A DNA stretch of 41,302 bases from Bacillota bacterium (GCA_023443485.1 JAEZUH010000005.1:1-41302), one strand, 5' to 3'. Positions 24,421 to 34,446 are shown, counted from the stretch's first letter. Made by a program: numbers and translations. Notes: generated by a model not told the origin, from the letters alone.

Positions 24421-25527
24421 TCAATTTTTCCTAAGCGTTTTTTTGATAAAGGGTAGATTTTTATACCTCATAAAATTGGCAAAAAGCAACATATCGGTAT
24501 AAGGTATTTTAACCAGTACGATGGTAACGAGCAAACTGAGCGCGAAGAACGCTAGTGAGCCACCCACAACAAAGATATGTTCATACCATTGAAAAGACGC
24601 CGGAAGATCAAAGAATGAATAGATTAAACGGATGAAATATACATGGATTAGATAAAATGGGCCAGAGTATCGCCCTAAAAATGATATCTTTTTTGCTACT
24701 TGATATTTTGAAATATATGTTGCCACTTGGTATAGAAAGAAAGTGCCTGTAATGCTCGCTAGCCATCGCCAAAAGATATCAAGGAAAGAGCCAGACAATC
24801 CTTGAAACCAACTGTTTTGGAAGATAATTACAATGCTTATCCAAATAGAAAAGCATAGAACTGAAGTAAAAAATGTCACAAAAGAAGTGGCCTTACTTTT
24901 TTTGATATATGGCGAAAAGATGGCGAAAGTGAAGCCAATAAAAACAGTTGGAAGATAAAATAGAAACATATCACTAGAAAGGCATTTTGGACCAATCCCC
25001 TCGAAGTTTTTATTGTAGATAGCGATAAATATCCACATATATCCAGCTAGAGACAAAATAATTAAAAGCCAACGAAGAACATCGAATTTAAACCCATCCT
25101 TTTTATAAATTAAGTGGGACAAATAGTAAAAGATTGCAATCGGAATATTAATGAAACAAGCTGTTAAAAAATACCAGTAAAAATAATCAGTATATTCATA
25201 TAAAGCCATCATCCACCAGCCGAAATTGTGATCCCCGTATTGCGAAAGCGTCCAAATTGATAGACAGGTAAAAAAGTAAGCAGGAGCTAGGTAAGTAATA
25301 ATAGTTTTGAGAATATAGAATCCAAGCTCTTTTAAAGAACTTGTTCGTTTGATGAAGAAACCACCTGTAAAAAAGAATAGGCCTAAAGAGACGCTGTAAG
25401 GAATAGCGAAAAAGATGGAATTTGTAAAAGAGTAGTTACTATAAAAACGTTGAAAACAATGGGTCATGCATATCAAAAACATGGCCAATAATTTAAGCAA
25501 ATCAAATTGAGTTAGACGAAGTTTCAT
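24421..25527 (-). CDS. membrane acyltransferase family 3 (O-acyltransferase of glycans)
   Basis: About 10 TM helices. The N-terminal FDLLKLLAMFLICMTHCF matches the acyl_transf_3 opening motif (conserved His). It sits in a polysaccharide gene context. Confidence 0.7.
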   Translation of the reverse strand: MKLRLTQFDLLKLLAMFLICMTHCFQRFYSNYSFTNSIFFAIPYSVSLGLFFFTGGFFIKRTSSLKELGFYILKTIITYLAPAYFFTCLSIWTLSQYGDHNFGWWMMALYEYTDYFYWYFLTACFINIPIAIFYYLSHLIYKKDGFKFDVLRWLLIILSLAGYMWIFIAIYNKNFEGIGPKCLSSDMFLFYLPTVFIGFTFAIFSPYIKKSKATSFVTFFTSVLCFSIWISIVIIFQNSWFQGLSGSFLDIFWRWLASITGTFFLYQVATYISKYQVAKKISFLGRYSGPFYLIHVYFIRLIYSFFDLPASFQWYEHIFVVGGSLAFFALSLLVTIVLVKIPYTDMLLFANFMRYKNLPFIKKTLRKN

Positions 25528-25763
25528 CTTTTTAATTATAAATATTTGGATAAAAAAATGGCGACACTTCTTTGCCTATTTAAAGAAAAAAAATAAATTG
25601 AAAAAGCAATTTCATGGTTAAACAGCATTTTTCGTTTAAAACTATGATATATTAAAAAAGAATCCAAAAATCTTGTAGATTTTGTTTCGATCACTCAAAT
25701 AAAGATTGATGAGATATGCTGAGCAATATTATTCTTATTGTATCGGCAGGATAGGAAAATAAT

Positions 25764-26960
25764 ATGAAGATTGCAGTAGCAGGAATAGGATATGTTGGTT
25801 TGAGCAATGCCATTGTGTTATCTCAACATAATGAAGTGGTAGCAGTAGACATTCTCCAATCGAAAGTTGATTTAATAAACTCAAAAAGATCTCCGATTAA
25901 AGACAAAGAAATTGAAGATTATCTTTCCAACCAACCTTTACGTTTAACTGCAACGATGGATGTTGATATAGCCTATCGAGATGCTGAATTAGTAATAATT
26001 TCTACTCCAACCAACTATGATAGCCAAAAAAATAAATTCGATACTTCCAGTGTCGAATCGGTAATTGAACAGGTGAAAAAAGTAAATCCCGCTGCTTGGA
26101 TTATTATCAAATCGACTGTTGGTGTAGGTTTTACTTTAAAGGTTAGAAAGGATCATGACTTTGAACACATTCTTTTTTCTCCAGAATTTTTAAGAGAAAG
26201 CAAAGCTCTTTACGATAATTTATACCCTTCCCGCATTATTGTTGGAGTTCCCGCCAAACAAGAGCCATATCTTTCCTTTGCAAAGAAATATATTTCTCTT
26301 CTACAAGAAGGAGCGATAAAAAAAGAAATTGAAACTCAAATTATCGGTGTAACGGAAGCTGAAGCTGTTAAATTATTCGCCAATACATATCTCGCTCTTA
26401 GAGTGGCTTATTTTAATGAATTAGACACCTTTGCTGCTATTAAGGGTTTAGACACTAATGACATAATCTCTGGAGTCTGTGAAGATCCGAGGATTGGAGA
26501 TTTTTATAACAATCCATCTTTTGGTTATGGCGGATATTGTTTGCCAAAAGATTCCAAGGAGTTACAAGCTAGTTTTGAAGATGTTCCAGAAAATCTCATC
26601 TCAGCAATCGTGGAATCCAATCGGACTCGAAAACAGTTCATTTCAAACGATGTCTTGTCAAAGATAAAAAGTAAGAAAAAACCAGTTGTTGGAGTTTACC
26701 TTATGGCCATGAAATATGGGTCAGATAATTCTCGTTCCAGTCCAATAGAGGACATTATTAACAATTTGAAAAAGAAAAACATAGAAATCCTGATTTTTGA
26801 TCCTTCGATTGAAAACGAATTTTTCTTAGGATGTCCTATTGTCCGAGGCTTACAAGATTTTAAAGAAAAAGCTGACATAATTATTGCCAATCGTTGGGAT
26901 GACATTTTGGATGATGTAAAAGAAAAAGTTTACACTCGAGATCTTTTTAAAAGAGATTAG
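25764..26960 (+). CDS. ugd: UDP-glucose 6-dehydrogenase
   Basis: MKIAVAGIGYVGLSNA Rossmann motif, FSPEFLREG-like FSPEFLRES, the catalytic Cys in GGYCLPKD, and 398 aa. Confidence 0.9.
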   Translation: MKIAVAGIGYVGLSNAIVLSQHNEVVAVDILQSKVDLINSKRSPIKDKEIEDYLSNQPLRLTATMDVDIAYRDAELVIISTPTNYDSQKNKFDTSSVESVIEQVKKVNPAAWIIIKSTVGVGFTLKVRKDHDFEHILFSPEFLRESKALYDNLYPSRIIVGVPAKQEPYLSFAKKYISLLQEGAIKKEIETQIIGVTEAEAVKLFANTYLALRVAYFNELDTFAAIKGLDTNDIISGVCEDPRIGDFYNNPSFGYGGYCLPKDSKELQASFEDVPENLISAIVESNRTRKQFISNDVLSKIKSKKKPVVGVYLMAMKYGSDNSRSSPIEDIINNLKKKNIEILIFDPSIENEFFLGCPIVRGLQDFKEKADIIIANRWDDILDDVKEKVYTRDLFKRD

Positions 26961-27040
26961 AGCATATTTTTTTGGTGTTTTATGAAAAAAGTGTATAAAG
27001 TCGTTTCTTTGTTATAATTGAGATAGTAGAATGCATAAAT

Positions 27041-27817
27041 ATGAACAACAAATCGGAAATATTTGATACGGAAGCATTGGTTTCAATAATTACTCCTTCA
27101 TACAATTCGGAAATTACATTGATGGAGACCTTTGAAAGCATAAAAAACCAGACATTTTCTAATTGGGAATGGCTAATTATTGATGACCATTCAAACGACT
27201 CATCTTTTGATATGGCTAAGAAATTTGCATTGAGTGACAAAAGAGTTATTGCTTTGCAAACCGAGGTTAATAGTGGTGCTGCTGCAGCAAGAAACCTCGG
27301 AATAGAACAAGCCAAAGGAAGATATATCGCTTTCTTGGATTCAGATGATATGTGGAAACCCACAAAACTAGAAGATCAAATCAAATTCATGACCGAAACA
27401 GGCGCAAGTTTTGTTTACTCGGACTATGATATCTTATTCCCTGATGGAAAGATTAAAACTTTTTCTCCAAAAGCACCAAAGACAACATACAAACAATTGC
27501 TAAAAAAATGTGACATCGGTTGTCTCACTGCAATGTATGATTCACAAGTTTTGGGGAAAAGATTTATGCCACTTGATACTCCAAAAAGAGAAGATTATGC
27601 TACTTGGTTAGACATCACAAAAAGTGGTGTTATTGCATATCGAGTTCCCGTGAATCTTGCTATATATAGAATTCAAAATAGTTCAGTATCATATAACAAA
27701 TTCAAACTTCTAAAATTCCATTTCAATGTTTATAAAAAGCACGAAAAATTCAATTTCTTTAAGTCGCTATATTACTTATTGATTCACTCATTGAACAAAG
27801 TATTCAACAAATATTAA
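27041..27817 (+). CDS. family 2 glycosyltransferase
   Basis: VSIITPSYN, IIDDHSNDSS, and the DSDD (DxD) in FLDSDDMW are classic GT2 (GT-A) features. The antisense ORF 26980-27363 is a shadow. Confidence 0.85.
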   Translation: MNNKSEIFDTEALVSIITPSYNSEITLMETFESIKNQTFSNWEWLIIDDHSNDSSFDMAKKFALSDKRVIALQTEVNSGAAAARNLGIEQAKGRYIAFLDSDDMWKPTKLEDQIKFMTETGASFVYSDYDILFPDGKIKTFSPKAPKTTYKQLLKKCDIGCLTAMYDSQVLGKRFMPLDTPKREDYATWLDITKSGVIAYRVPVNLAIYRIQNSSVSYNKFKLLKFHFNVYKKHEKFNFFKSLYYLLIHSLNKVFNKY

Positions 27818-27922
27818 TTAATTCATCCAATATTGCAAAATATGAAATAATTGCATTTTTTGTTGACTCTTTTATTGTGCACGTACATGATGAATATGTA
27901 ATAAACGAAAAGAGATGTGATT

Positions 27923-29125
27923 ATGGAATTACGAGAAACTCGCAAAAAATGCAAATTAACACAAAAACAAGCTGCGCAAATTATTGGGATTTCCCATAGA
28001 ACTTATGTTGCTTATGAAAACGACGAATTAAAAGCGGATTCCCTAAAACTTTCTAGAATGATTGAAATTCTCAATGAATATGCTTCCAAAGATGTTTCTA
28101 TCTTGAAAGATAAAGTTTTGCTCGTCACAGGGGGAACTGGATCATTTGGTCACGCTGTTGTTGATCGCTTTTTGAATACAGACATTAAGGAAATTAGAAT
28201 TTTATCTCGCGATGAGAAAAAACAAGAAGATATGCGAAAAGCTTACAATAATGAAAAGCTCAAATTTTACATTGGAGATGTGAGATATTTGGATTCTATT
28301 ATGGATGCATTTAAGGGTGTTGATTATGTTTTTAACGCTGCTGCTTTGAAGCAAGTTCCTTCTTGTGAATTTTTCCCAATGGAAGCAGTTCGAACCAATG
28401 TTATTGGAAGTGACAATGTAATTACAGCCTGTGTTAGAAACGGAGTAAAGAAAGCAATTTTTATCTCCACCGATAAGGCTGCCTATCCAATAAACGCGAT
28501 GGGTATTTCAAAGGCTCTAATGGAAAAGAATGTTATCGCAAGAAGTCGACAACTTTTGCCAGGAGAGACAATTTTGTGTCTCACTCGATATGGTAATGTT
28601 ATGGCGAGCCGTGGGAGCGTCATTCCTCTTTTCCTTCAACAAATTCGGGAAGGAAAACCCCTAACTATTACAAATCCTGAAATGACAAGATTTATGATGA
28701 CTTTAGATGATGCAGTTGATTTAGTGCTTTATGCATTCGAACATGGTAAACAAGGTGATCTTTTTGTTCAAAAAGCTCCTTCAGCGACAATTGATACATT
28801 AGCAAAAGCAATTTTGAATTTAACGAAATCAAAAGCCAAGATTGAATATATTGGAACTCGTCATGGGGAGAAATTATTTGAAACCCTGGTTACTCAAGAA
28901 GAAATGCTCCGTTTAGAAGACCTAGGTAATTTCTTTAAAATCAACGCTGATAACCGCGACTTGAATTACGATAAATATTTCAGTAAGGGCAATAAACATT
29001 TAAATCTTGATAAGTCCTACACATCTCATAATACGAATCGTCTCGATGTCCCAGGAATGGAGAAACTTCTTAAAAGACTTGAGCTTTTTGGTGGGCCAGT
29101 TAAACAACACGATTTGTGTATTTAA
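27923..29125 (+). CDS. fnlA: XRE-type HTH domain fused to UDP-GlcNAc 4,6-dehydratase/5-epimerase (FnlA/CapE/WbjB family)
   Basis: Residues about 1-55 (ELRETRKKCKLTQKQAAQIIGISHRTYVAYENDE) form an HTH_3/XRE pattern. From KVLLVTGGTGSFGHAVVDRF onward the protein is colinear with CapE/FnlA (DEKKQ, GDVRY, ALKQVPSCEF, INAMGISKALMEK, RYGNVMASRGSVIPLF, TRFMMTLDDAVDLV, GTRHGEKL). The reading frame is continuous with no internal SD. Confidence 0.85.
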   Translation: MELRETRKKCKLTQKQAAQIIGISHRTYVAYENDELKADSLKLSRMIEILNEYASKDVSILKDKVLLVTGGTGSFGHAVVDRFLNTDIKEIRILSRDEKKQEDMRKAYNNEKLKFYIGDVRYLDSIMDAFKGVDYVFNAAALKQVPSCEFFPMEAVRTNVIGSDNVITACVRNGVKKAIFISTDKAAYPINAMGISKALMEKNVIARSRQLLPGETILCLTRYGNVMASRGSVIPLFLQQIREGKPLTITNPEMTRFMMTLDDAVDLVLYAFEHGKQGDLFVQKAPSATIDTLAKAILNLTKSKAKIEYIGTRHGEKLFETLVTQEEMLRLEDLGNFFKINADNRDLNYDKYFSKGNKHLNLDKSYTSHNTNRLDVPGMEKLLKRLELFGGPVKQHDLCI

Positions 29126-29148
29126 TATAAAGATCAATTGGTGATTAA

Positions 29149-30258
29149 ATGAAAATATTATTGACTGGCTCGAAAGGTTTTATAGGAAAGCATCTTTCCT
29201 TTTGGCTTCTTCGTCAAGGGTTTGAAGTGCTTAGTTTAGATTTGGAAAATTCAAACGAATTACCACTTTTGCTTAATCAAGCAAATTTCATCATTCATTT
29301 AGCGGGAATTAACCGTCCTCAAAGCAGCGAGGCATTTTATGAGGGCAATTATGATTTCACAAGAAAGATTGTAGATTTGCTAAAAAACAACAGCAGAAAG
29401 ACTCCAATTATTTTCGCGAGTTCAACTCAAGCCACTTTGAATAACGATTATGGAAAATCGAAAAAACTAGCGGAAAAATATTTATTCGAAAGCGGTCTCC
29501 CAGTATATGTTTATCGGCTAGCAAATGTTTTCGGTAAATGGGGCAAGCCAAACTATAACAGTGTGTGTTCAACTTATTGTTACAATATTGCCCATAATCT
29601 TCCTATTGACATAAGAGATTCGAATCAAGTTATCCATTTTAACTATGTTGATGATGTCTGCCAGGAGTTTTTAAGAATCGTTAATAATCATATTTCCCCT
29701 TCAAATAATGTATTGTCTGTTGAACCTACCTATGATTGCACTTTGGGCCACCTTGCAGAATTAATTAAATATTTTAAAGAAACCATCGAAAGCACTCATC
29801 ATTTGCCAAATATTCACGATGAATTTGAACTAAAACTATTTGAAACATTTTGTGACTACTCTAGTGATGAAGTATCTTCGTTTAATTTTGTGCAAGATAA
29901 ACTTGGCTCATTTAAAGAGATATATAAATCTTCAAAATACGGTCAAATTAGTATTAATGAGGCATTTCCAAAAGTGAAAAAAGGCGGTCATTATCACAAC
30001 TTCAAAAAAGAATTATTTAAGACCGTCATTGGAAAGACCAAAATCAGATTGAGAAAGATTGATTCGAATATCATAAATGAGTACATATCGAAAGAACTAG
30101 ATATGACAAGAATCGTCATCAATCCTGGCTATACACATGACATAACAAACATCGGCGAAAAAACAAGCAAAACATTGATGTGGGTGTCCGAAGTATTCGA
30201 TGAGAAATCAGCCGATACAATCAAAGAGGATGTAGATAAACATGAAAAAGAAAATTAA
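29149..30258 (+). CDS. fnlB: CapF/FnlB-type bifunctional reductase (N-terminal SDR plus C-terminal cupin) of the UDP-L-FucNAc pathway
   Basis: MKILLTGSKGFIGKHL Rossmann motif and YGKSK (YxxxK). The C-terminal approx. 110 aa are cupin-like (GGHYHNFK..., INPGYTHDITNIG). The size (369 aa) and the position between fnlA and fnlC match capF. Confidence 0.8.
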   Translation: MKILLTGSKGFIGKHLSFWLLRQGFEVLSLDLENSNELPLLLNQANFIIHLAGINRPQSSEAFYEGNYDFTRKIVDLLKNNSRKTPIIFASSTQATLNNDYGKSKKLAEKYLFESGLPVYVYRLANVFGKWGKPNYNSVCSTYCYNIAHNLPIDIRDSNQVIHFNYVDDVCQEFLRIVNNHISPSNNVLSVEPTYDCTLGHLAELIKYFKETIESTHHLPNIHDEFELKLFETFCDYSSDEVSSFNFVQDKLGSFKEIYKSSKYGQISINEAFPKVKKGGHYHNFKKELFKTVIGKTKIRLRKIDSNIINEYISKELDMTRIVINPGYTHDITNIGEKTSKTLMWVSEVFDEKSADTIKEDVDKHEKEN

Positions 30259-31366
30259 AGTTGTAACCATTATTGGAACGAGACCAGAAATCATTCGTCT
30301 CAGCGAGACTATCAAAGCTTTAGATAAAGATGAAGAAATTGATCACATTTTAGTCCATACTGGTCAGAATTATGATTATGAATTGAATCAGATTTTTTTC
30401 GATGAGCTAAAGCTGCGAACTCCAAATTATTATTTAAATTGTGTAGAAAAAAACCTCGGTGGAACGATTGGAAATGTTATTTCAAAATCCTACGATTTAT
30501 TACTAGATTTAAAACCTGACGCTGTTCTTATTTTGGGAGATACAAATAGTGCTCTTTGTGCAATTTCTGCAAAAAGATTGAAACTCCCCATCTTTCATAT
30601 GGAGGCAGGAAATAGATGCGGTGATTGGAATGTTCCCGAGACAATTAATCGAAAAATTGTCGACCACATCTCCGACATCAATCTCCCTTATACAAATCAC
30701 GCCTATGACAATTTAATGAAAGAAGGAATTGATCCTGAATTTACCTTTGTTACAGGCTCGCCAATGTTAGAAGTTTTAAACGCTAATAATGATGAAATTA
30801 AAAAATCAACAATACTAGATGAATTAAATCTTCAAAATAGAAAGTATATTGTTGTATCTTCTCATAGAGAAGAAAATGTAGACATTGAAAAGAATTTCGT
30901 CATGCTTATGTCGGCAATTAACGCTGTTGCAGAAAAGTATCAACTGCCTGTCATCTTTTCCACTCATCCTCGGACTCAAAAAAGACTACTTGATAGTGGA
31001 TTCAAGATGCATTCTTTAGTTAAAAACATTAAACCATTAGGATTTATTGATTATGTCAAACTCCAAGAAAACGCTTTCTTTGTCTTATCCGATAGTGGGA
31101 CACTTACCGAAGAGAGTGCGATGAGACACTTTCCCGCTATTCTTATTAGAACATCAACTGAGAGGCCTGAAGGCGTTGAGGCTGGAAGCATCATCGTTTC
31201 TGGAATTGACAAAGAAAATGTATTATTTTCGATTGAAACTGAATTGATGAGATATCAATTTGCAAAAACTCCGGAAAACTATGATGTCGTAAATGTGTCA
31301 GAAAGCATCGTTCTCTATATTAAAGACAAAATCGATTTAGTGAATAAAAAGATTTGGAAAAAGTGA
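30242..31366 (+). CDS. fnlC: UDP-N-acetylglucosamine (UDP-2-acetamido-2,6-dideoxy-talose) 2-epimerase, non-hydrolysing (FnlC/CapG)
   Basis: KVVTIIGTRPEIIRLS, HTGQNYD, ILGDTNS, HMEAGNR, SHREENV and SDSGT are WecB/CapG family motifs. Confidence 0.85.
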   Translation: MKKKIKVVTIIGTRPEIIRLSETIKALDKDEEIDHILVHTGQNYDYELNQIFFDELKLRTPNYYLNCVEKNLGGTIGNVISKSYDLLLDLKPDAVLILGDTNSALCAISAKRLKLPIFHMEAGNRCGDWNVPETINRKIVDHISDINLPYTNHAYDNLMKEGIDPEFTFVTGSPMLEVLNANNDEIKKSTILDELNLQNRKYIVVSSHREENVDIEKNFVMLMSAINAVAEKYQLPVIFSTHPRTQKRLLDSGFKMHSLVKNIKPLGFIDYVKLQENAFFVLSDSGTLTEESAMRHFPAILIRTSTERPEGVEAGSIIVSGIDKENVLFSIETELMRYQFAKTPENYDVVNVSESIVLYIKDKIDLVNKKIWKK

Positions 31367-31408
31367 TAATTGAACTAAGTTTACAATATTTGTAGTTAAA
31401 TTATGTTG

Positions 31409-31438
31409 TTGCGTGGCTATGCATCAGCACTCTATAAT
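31409..31438 (+). promoter_or_regulatory. candidate internal promoter TTGCGT-18-TATAAT
   Basis: -35 at 31409-31414 and a perfect -10 TATAAT at 31433-31438, in the 94-nt gap after fnlC. Confidence 0.35.
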
Positions 31439-31460
31439 TAATTATTATCTATAAATAATT

Positions 31461-33197
31461 ATGTGGCTGAAATTTTCAAATAGTGTTAATCCCGTTAGCG
31501 TGAGTAATGGGCTTCATAGTCTTAGTAGTTTTAACGTTGATGAAGACGCTTTTTTAAATGTTTTGGCTGAAAATGATATTCAAAATGTGAGTTATACACT
31601 TGATTCAGGATCAAACGAACCTCAAGACAAAATCTTAAGAAAGATCGTTTCCTTATCTTGGAAAAATAGAAAAGGGGTTATTTTGTTGAATGGAGAGTGG
31701 ACAGAATCACTTTTAACAAAATTACACAATAAAGAGATTTTTTGTCCCATTTTTGTTTCTCAAAATATCCCATGGAATGAATATCAAGAGATACAAAAGA
31801 TAAGCGCTTCTCAAGCAAGAGAAAAAGGCAAAAACCTTTTCCATGAGTTTTTTAGTAAAAAAACATTCACAAAAAAAACCAACATCTTGATGGCTGTTAT
31901 CTCTGGACTGACCATAATTTTTTCTTATGGATACGGAGCACTCACTAATTATTTTAGAGAAGATTCACTATATCAATATGTCTCAAAATCAATTATTGAT
32001 AGTAACTACCCTTGTGGACACGCTATATACGGAAGCGAAAATTCCACATTCTCCAGCATATCTCAGTTCAACTCTGCAGCGGTTACTGCAGGTAATGCTC
32101 TTTACACAAACTTTGATATTGGCGAGAGCACAGAAATCAAAAAAAGAACCTATGTCGCTACGTATATACAAATTAACAAACCAGATTCACTCAACTTTTC
32201 GTTCGAAGGAAAGGATTACTTTCCATCGCCTTTGACTATTTCTGATTTTGGTTATGCTTTGGATGAAAATGATCCAGAAAGCAGTGCATATGGCAAGTTT
32301 TACAATCTTAGCCTATACCGCTACAAGTATATTGAAAGAGACTGGCTGATAAATTCAGGATATGACGCTCCGATTTATCTTTCTCAACAAACTGCCGATC
32401 AAATTATTGCAAACAGTGAATCAATTGCTTCGTATGATGATTTAATTGGAGAAGCAATAGAAGTCGACATTGATAATGAAGATGAAGTTGTCACACTAGA
32501 TTGTTTTGTTGCAAACATTCTACTCGATAAAGGGCATTCTACTTATTTGTCAGCTTTTTACCAAGATTACTGTTTGTTACAGATATCTAATTTCACTACC
32601 CGTGACCGATTCAATTATTCCTTTTGTTTTGATCCATCGACGAGTTACTTGAATATTAAAACAATAGCTAAACCCACATACATAAAAAATTGGAACGATG
32701 GAGACACATTAGAATTTTTCATCAGAGACCCAAAAAACGGCAATTATGTTTTAGACACTAAAATATCTGAGGATCTTTCTTCGCTTTACGATGGAAAGCA
32801 AGACACTGCTTCAAGTGTTGTTTTCCTCATCATAATAATTACCTTATTGCTATCAAATGCTGCATTGGTTGGATTCGTTTTTTATAAAAAGATTAAAAAA
32901 TGTCGCGAAAAAGCCGGCGCGAAGATTACTCTTTTTGAGCCAATTGAAGTTTTTATTTTTCTTGTCGCTCCCATTATTCTTATTCAAGGATTGCTCCACA
33001 TCCTGCAACTGCTTATGAAGAATAGCCTTGATTCTTTTTATTTTTTCAATTATTTTGGATCGAATTTCTCTACAATTTACCTGTTTATTTTAGCTTTCTT
33101 ACTTGTCTTTGCTTTGATTGCCTTCAGTGGCAATGGAATCACAAGCAAGAAACCCCCCGTCGTTATTGAGGATGATTTGTATGAAATCAATGTTTAA
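31461..33197 (+). CDS. hypothetical membrane protein: cytoplasmic N-domain, TM1, approx. 300-aa extracytoplasmic domain, three C-terminal TM helices
   Basis: 578-aa ORF. TM candidates are ILMAVISGLTIIFSYGYGAL (about 152-171), VVFLIIIITLLLSNAALVGFVFY, VFIFLVAPIILIQGLLHIL and IYLFILAFLLVFALIAF. There is no SD before ATG 31461, so the start is uncertain. The 3' end overlaps wzy by 17 nt. Confidence 0.55.
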   Translation: MWLKFSNSVNPVSVSNGLHSLSSFNVDEDAFLNVLAENDIQNVSYTLDSGSNEPQDKILRKIVSLSWKNRKGVILLNGEWTESLLTKLHNKEIFCPIFVSQNIPWNEYQEIQKISASQAREKGKNLFHEFFSKKTFTKKTNILMAVISGLTIIFSYGYGALTNYFREDSLYQYVSKSIIDSNYPCGHAIYGSENSTFSSISQFNSAAVTAGNALYTNFDIGESTEIKKRTYVATYIQINKPDSLNFSFEGKDYFPSPLTISDFGYALDENDPESSAYGKFYNLSLYRYKYIERDWLINSGYDAPIYLSQQTADQIIANSESIASYDDLIGEAIEVDIDNEDEVVTLDCFVANILLDKGHSTYLSAFYQDYCLLQISNFTTRDRFNYSFCFDPSTSYLNIKTIAKPTYIKNWNDGDTLEFFIRDPKNGNYVLDTKISEDLSSLYDGKQDTASSVVFLIIIITLLLSNAALVGFVFYKKIKKCREKAGAKITLFEPIEVFIFLVAPIILIQGLLHILQLLMKNSLDSFYFFNYFGSNFSTIYLFILAFLLVFALIAFSGNGITSKKPPVVIEDDLYEINV

Positions 33198-34419
33198 CAA
33201 TCTCATCCTCTATAAAAAAAGCGTTCCTGCACTCCGTTTCTATCTTGAGGTCAGCATTTTTTGTTTATTCTTTTTAGTTTTCTTCTTCACTATTGGATTG
33301 AACTATCTTTGGCCTTTTAACTATTTGAATATTGCCTTTTACGTTTTACTTAGCGGTCTGATTTTGTTTTGGAGTCTTAACTACAAAAATCTATACTTCA
33401 ATTACTATTTCGTATTATTTGCATTCTTCAACATTATGATAATAGTTTCAAGTTTGTTAAATGGCTTTTTCTACATCAACACGACTGTTCTCACTTTATC
33501 CGCGACAACCTTCATTTTTTCTCAATTCATTGTCGAAAAAGAATATAGAACTAAAGTTTTGAAAATATTTGCCTTGGCCTTTATTGCCTTTTTGGTTGTT
33601 TTCTCTTTGAAAAATATCGTTCAACTATTTAGCTTACAACAACAATTGGATTTTTTCGGAGCCGATCCAAACGTCTTTAGTTATATCTTTGTTTATTCGT
33701 ATCTAGTTCTCCTATACTTTTTGCTTTATAAAAGAACATATTTCTTAATCCCCTTTTGCCTTTACACAATCCTTCTTATTTTTATTATTGGATCAAGATC
33801 GGCCTTGCTTCTGATGATTATTTGCTCAATCGCAATGCTTTTCCTTTTCTTTGGAAAGCGACGATTTTACATTCCAATAATCATTACTGTCGTTATCATC
33901 CTTCTTGTTGTTCTTATTCTTTCTCTACCAATTCCACAATTGGAAGAGTTAAAAGCGCGTTTAATCGATGCATTTCAATCCATTTTTGAAAACGGAAGTG
34001 GCGATACTTCATCCAATCATCGTATTATGATGTTTTTCTACGGAATCGATATTATTTTGAAGAGACCATTTTTTGGTTATGGTGGCATTTATCGCTTCGG
34101 TTTCTATAATTTCTCTGGGCAAATATCACATAATAATTTCATCGAAATTGGATTCAATTATGGACTATTAACCCTAATTCTTTATGAAGCATTCATCATA
34201 TATTCAATTTATAAATTGTTTAAAAATAAAAGAGAGGAATCTCATCTTTATATCAACTTTTTAATTTGTTTCTTTCTCATGCAATTTTTTTACCCAATTT
34301 TCACCAATAAAATCGACTATTTTGTCATTTGTTTCGCACTTTCAGCAATCGCGAAAGATACGACGAGAGGCAAACTATCAATAAAGAGCAAAAAAATTAA
34401 TTTAATAGTAGAAAAATAA
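33181..34419 (+). CDS. wzy: O-antigen/capsule repeat-unit polymerase (Wzy / O-antigen ligase-like family)
   Basis: About 10-12 TM helices with a Wzy_C-like segment (IIGSRSALLLMIICSIAMLF ... large loop ... HNNFIEIGFNYGLL). ATG 33181 (MKSMFNNL) is preferred to the track's 33118. Confidence 0.65.
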   Translation: MKSMFNNLILYKKSVPALRFYLEVSIFCLFFLVFFFTIGLNYLWPFNYLNIAFYVLLSGLILFWSLNYKNLYFNYYFVLFAFFNIMIIVSSLLNGFFYINTTVLTLSATTFIFSQFIVEKEYRTKVLKIFALAFIAFLVVFSLKNIVQLFSLQQQLDFFGADPNVFSYIFVYSYLVLLYFLLYKRTYFLIPFCLYTILLIFIIGSRSALLLMIICSIAMLFLFFGKRRFYIPIIITVVIILLVVLILSLPIPQLEELKARLIDAFQSIFENGSGDTSSNHRIMMFFYGIDIILKRPFFGYGGIYRFGFYNFSGQISHNNFIEIGFNYGLLTLILYEAFIIYSIYKLFKNKREESHLYINFLICFFLMQFFYPIFTNKIDYFVICFALSAIAKDTTRGKLSIKSKKINLIVEK

Positions 34420-34446
34420 AACAAAATTGAGAAAAAGGAAGTCAAC

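Noticed and set aside
26980-27363. 127-aa minus-strand ORF overlapping the GT2 gene, plus the similar antisense ORFs at 2206-2427, 3782-4100, 5404-5589, 6410-6661, 8825-9360, 9695-9877, 10180-10565, 11149-11428, 13312-13659, 14520-14898, 15739-15951, 16814-17086, 17662-17850, 18674-18871, 19854-20048, 20343-20528, 26696-26905, 30509-30700, 31989-32171, 34317-34532, 35236-35466 and 39128-39316
   Set aside because: All are embedded antisense to ORFs that have clear family motifs or strong coding character. They have low-complexity or odd composition and no SD, so they are shadow ORFs typical of AT-rich DNA.
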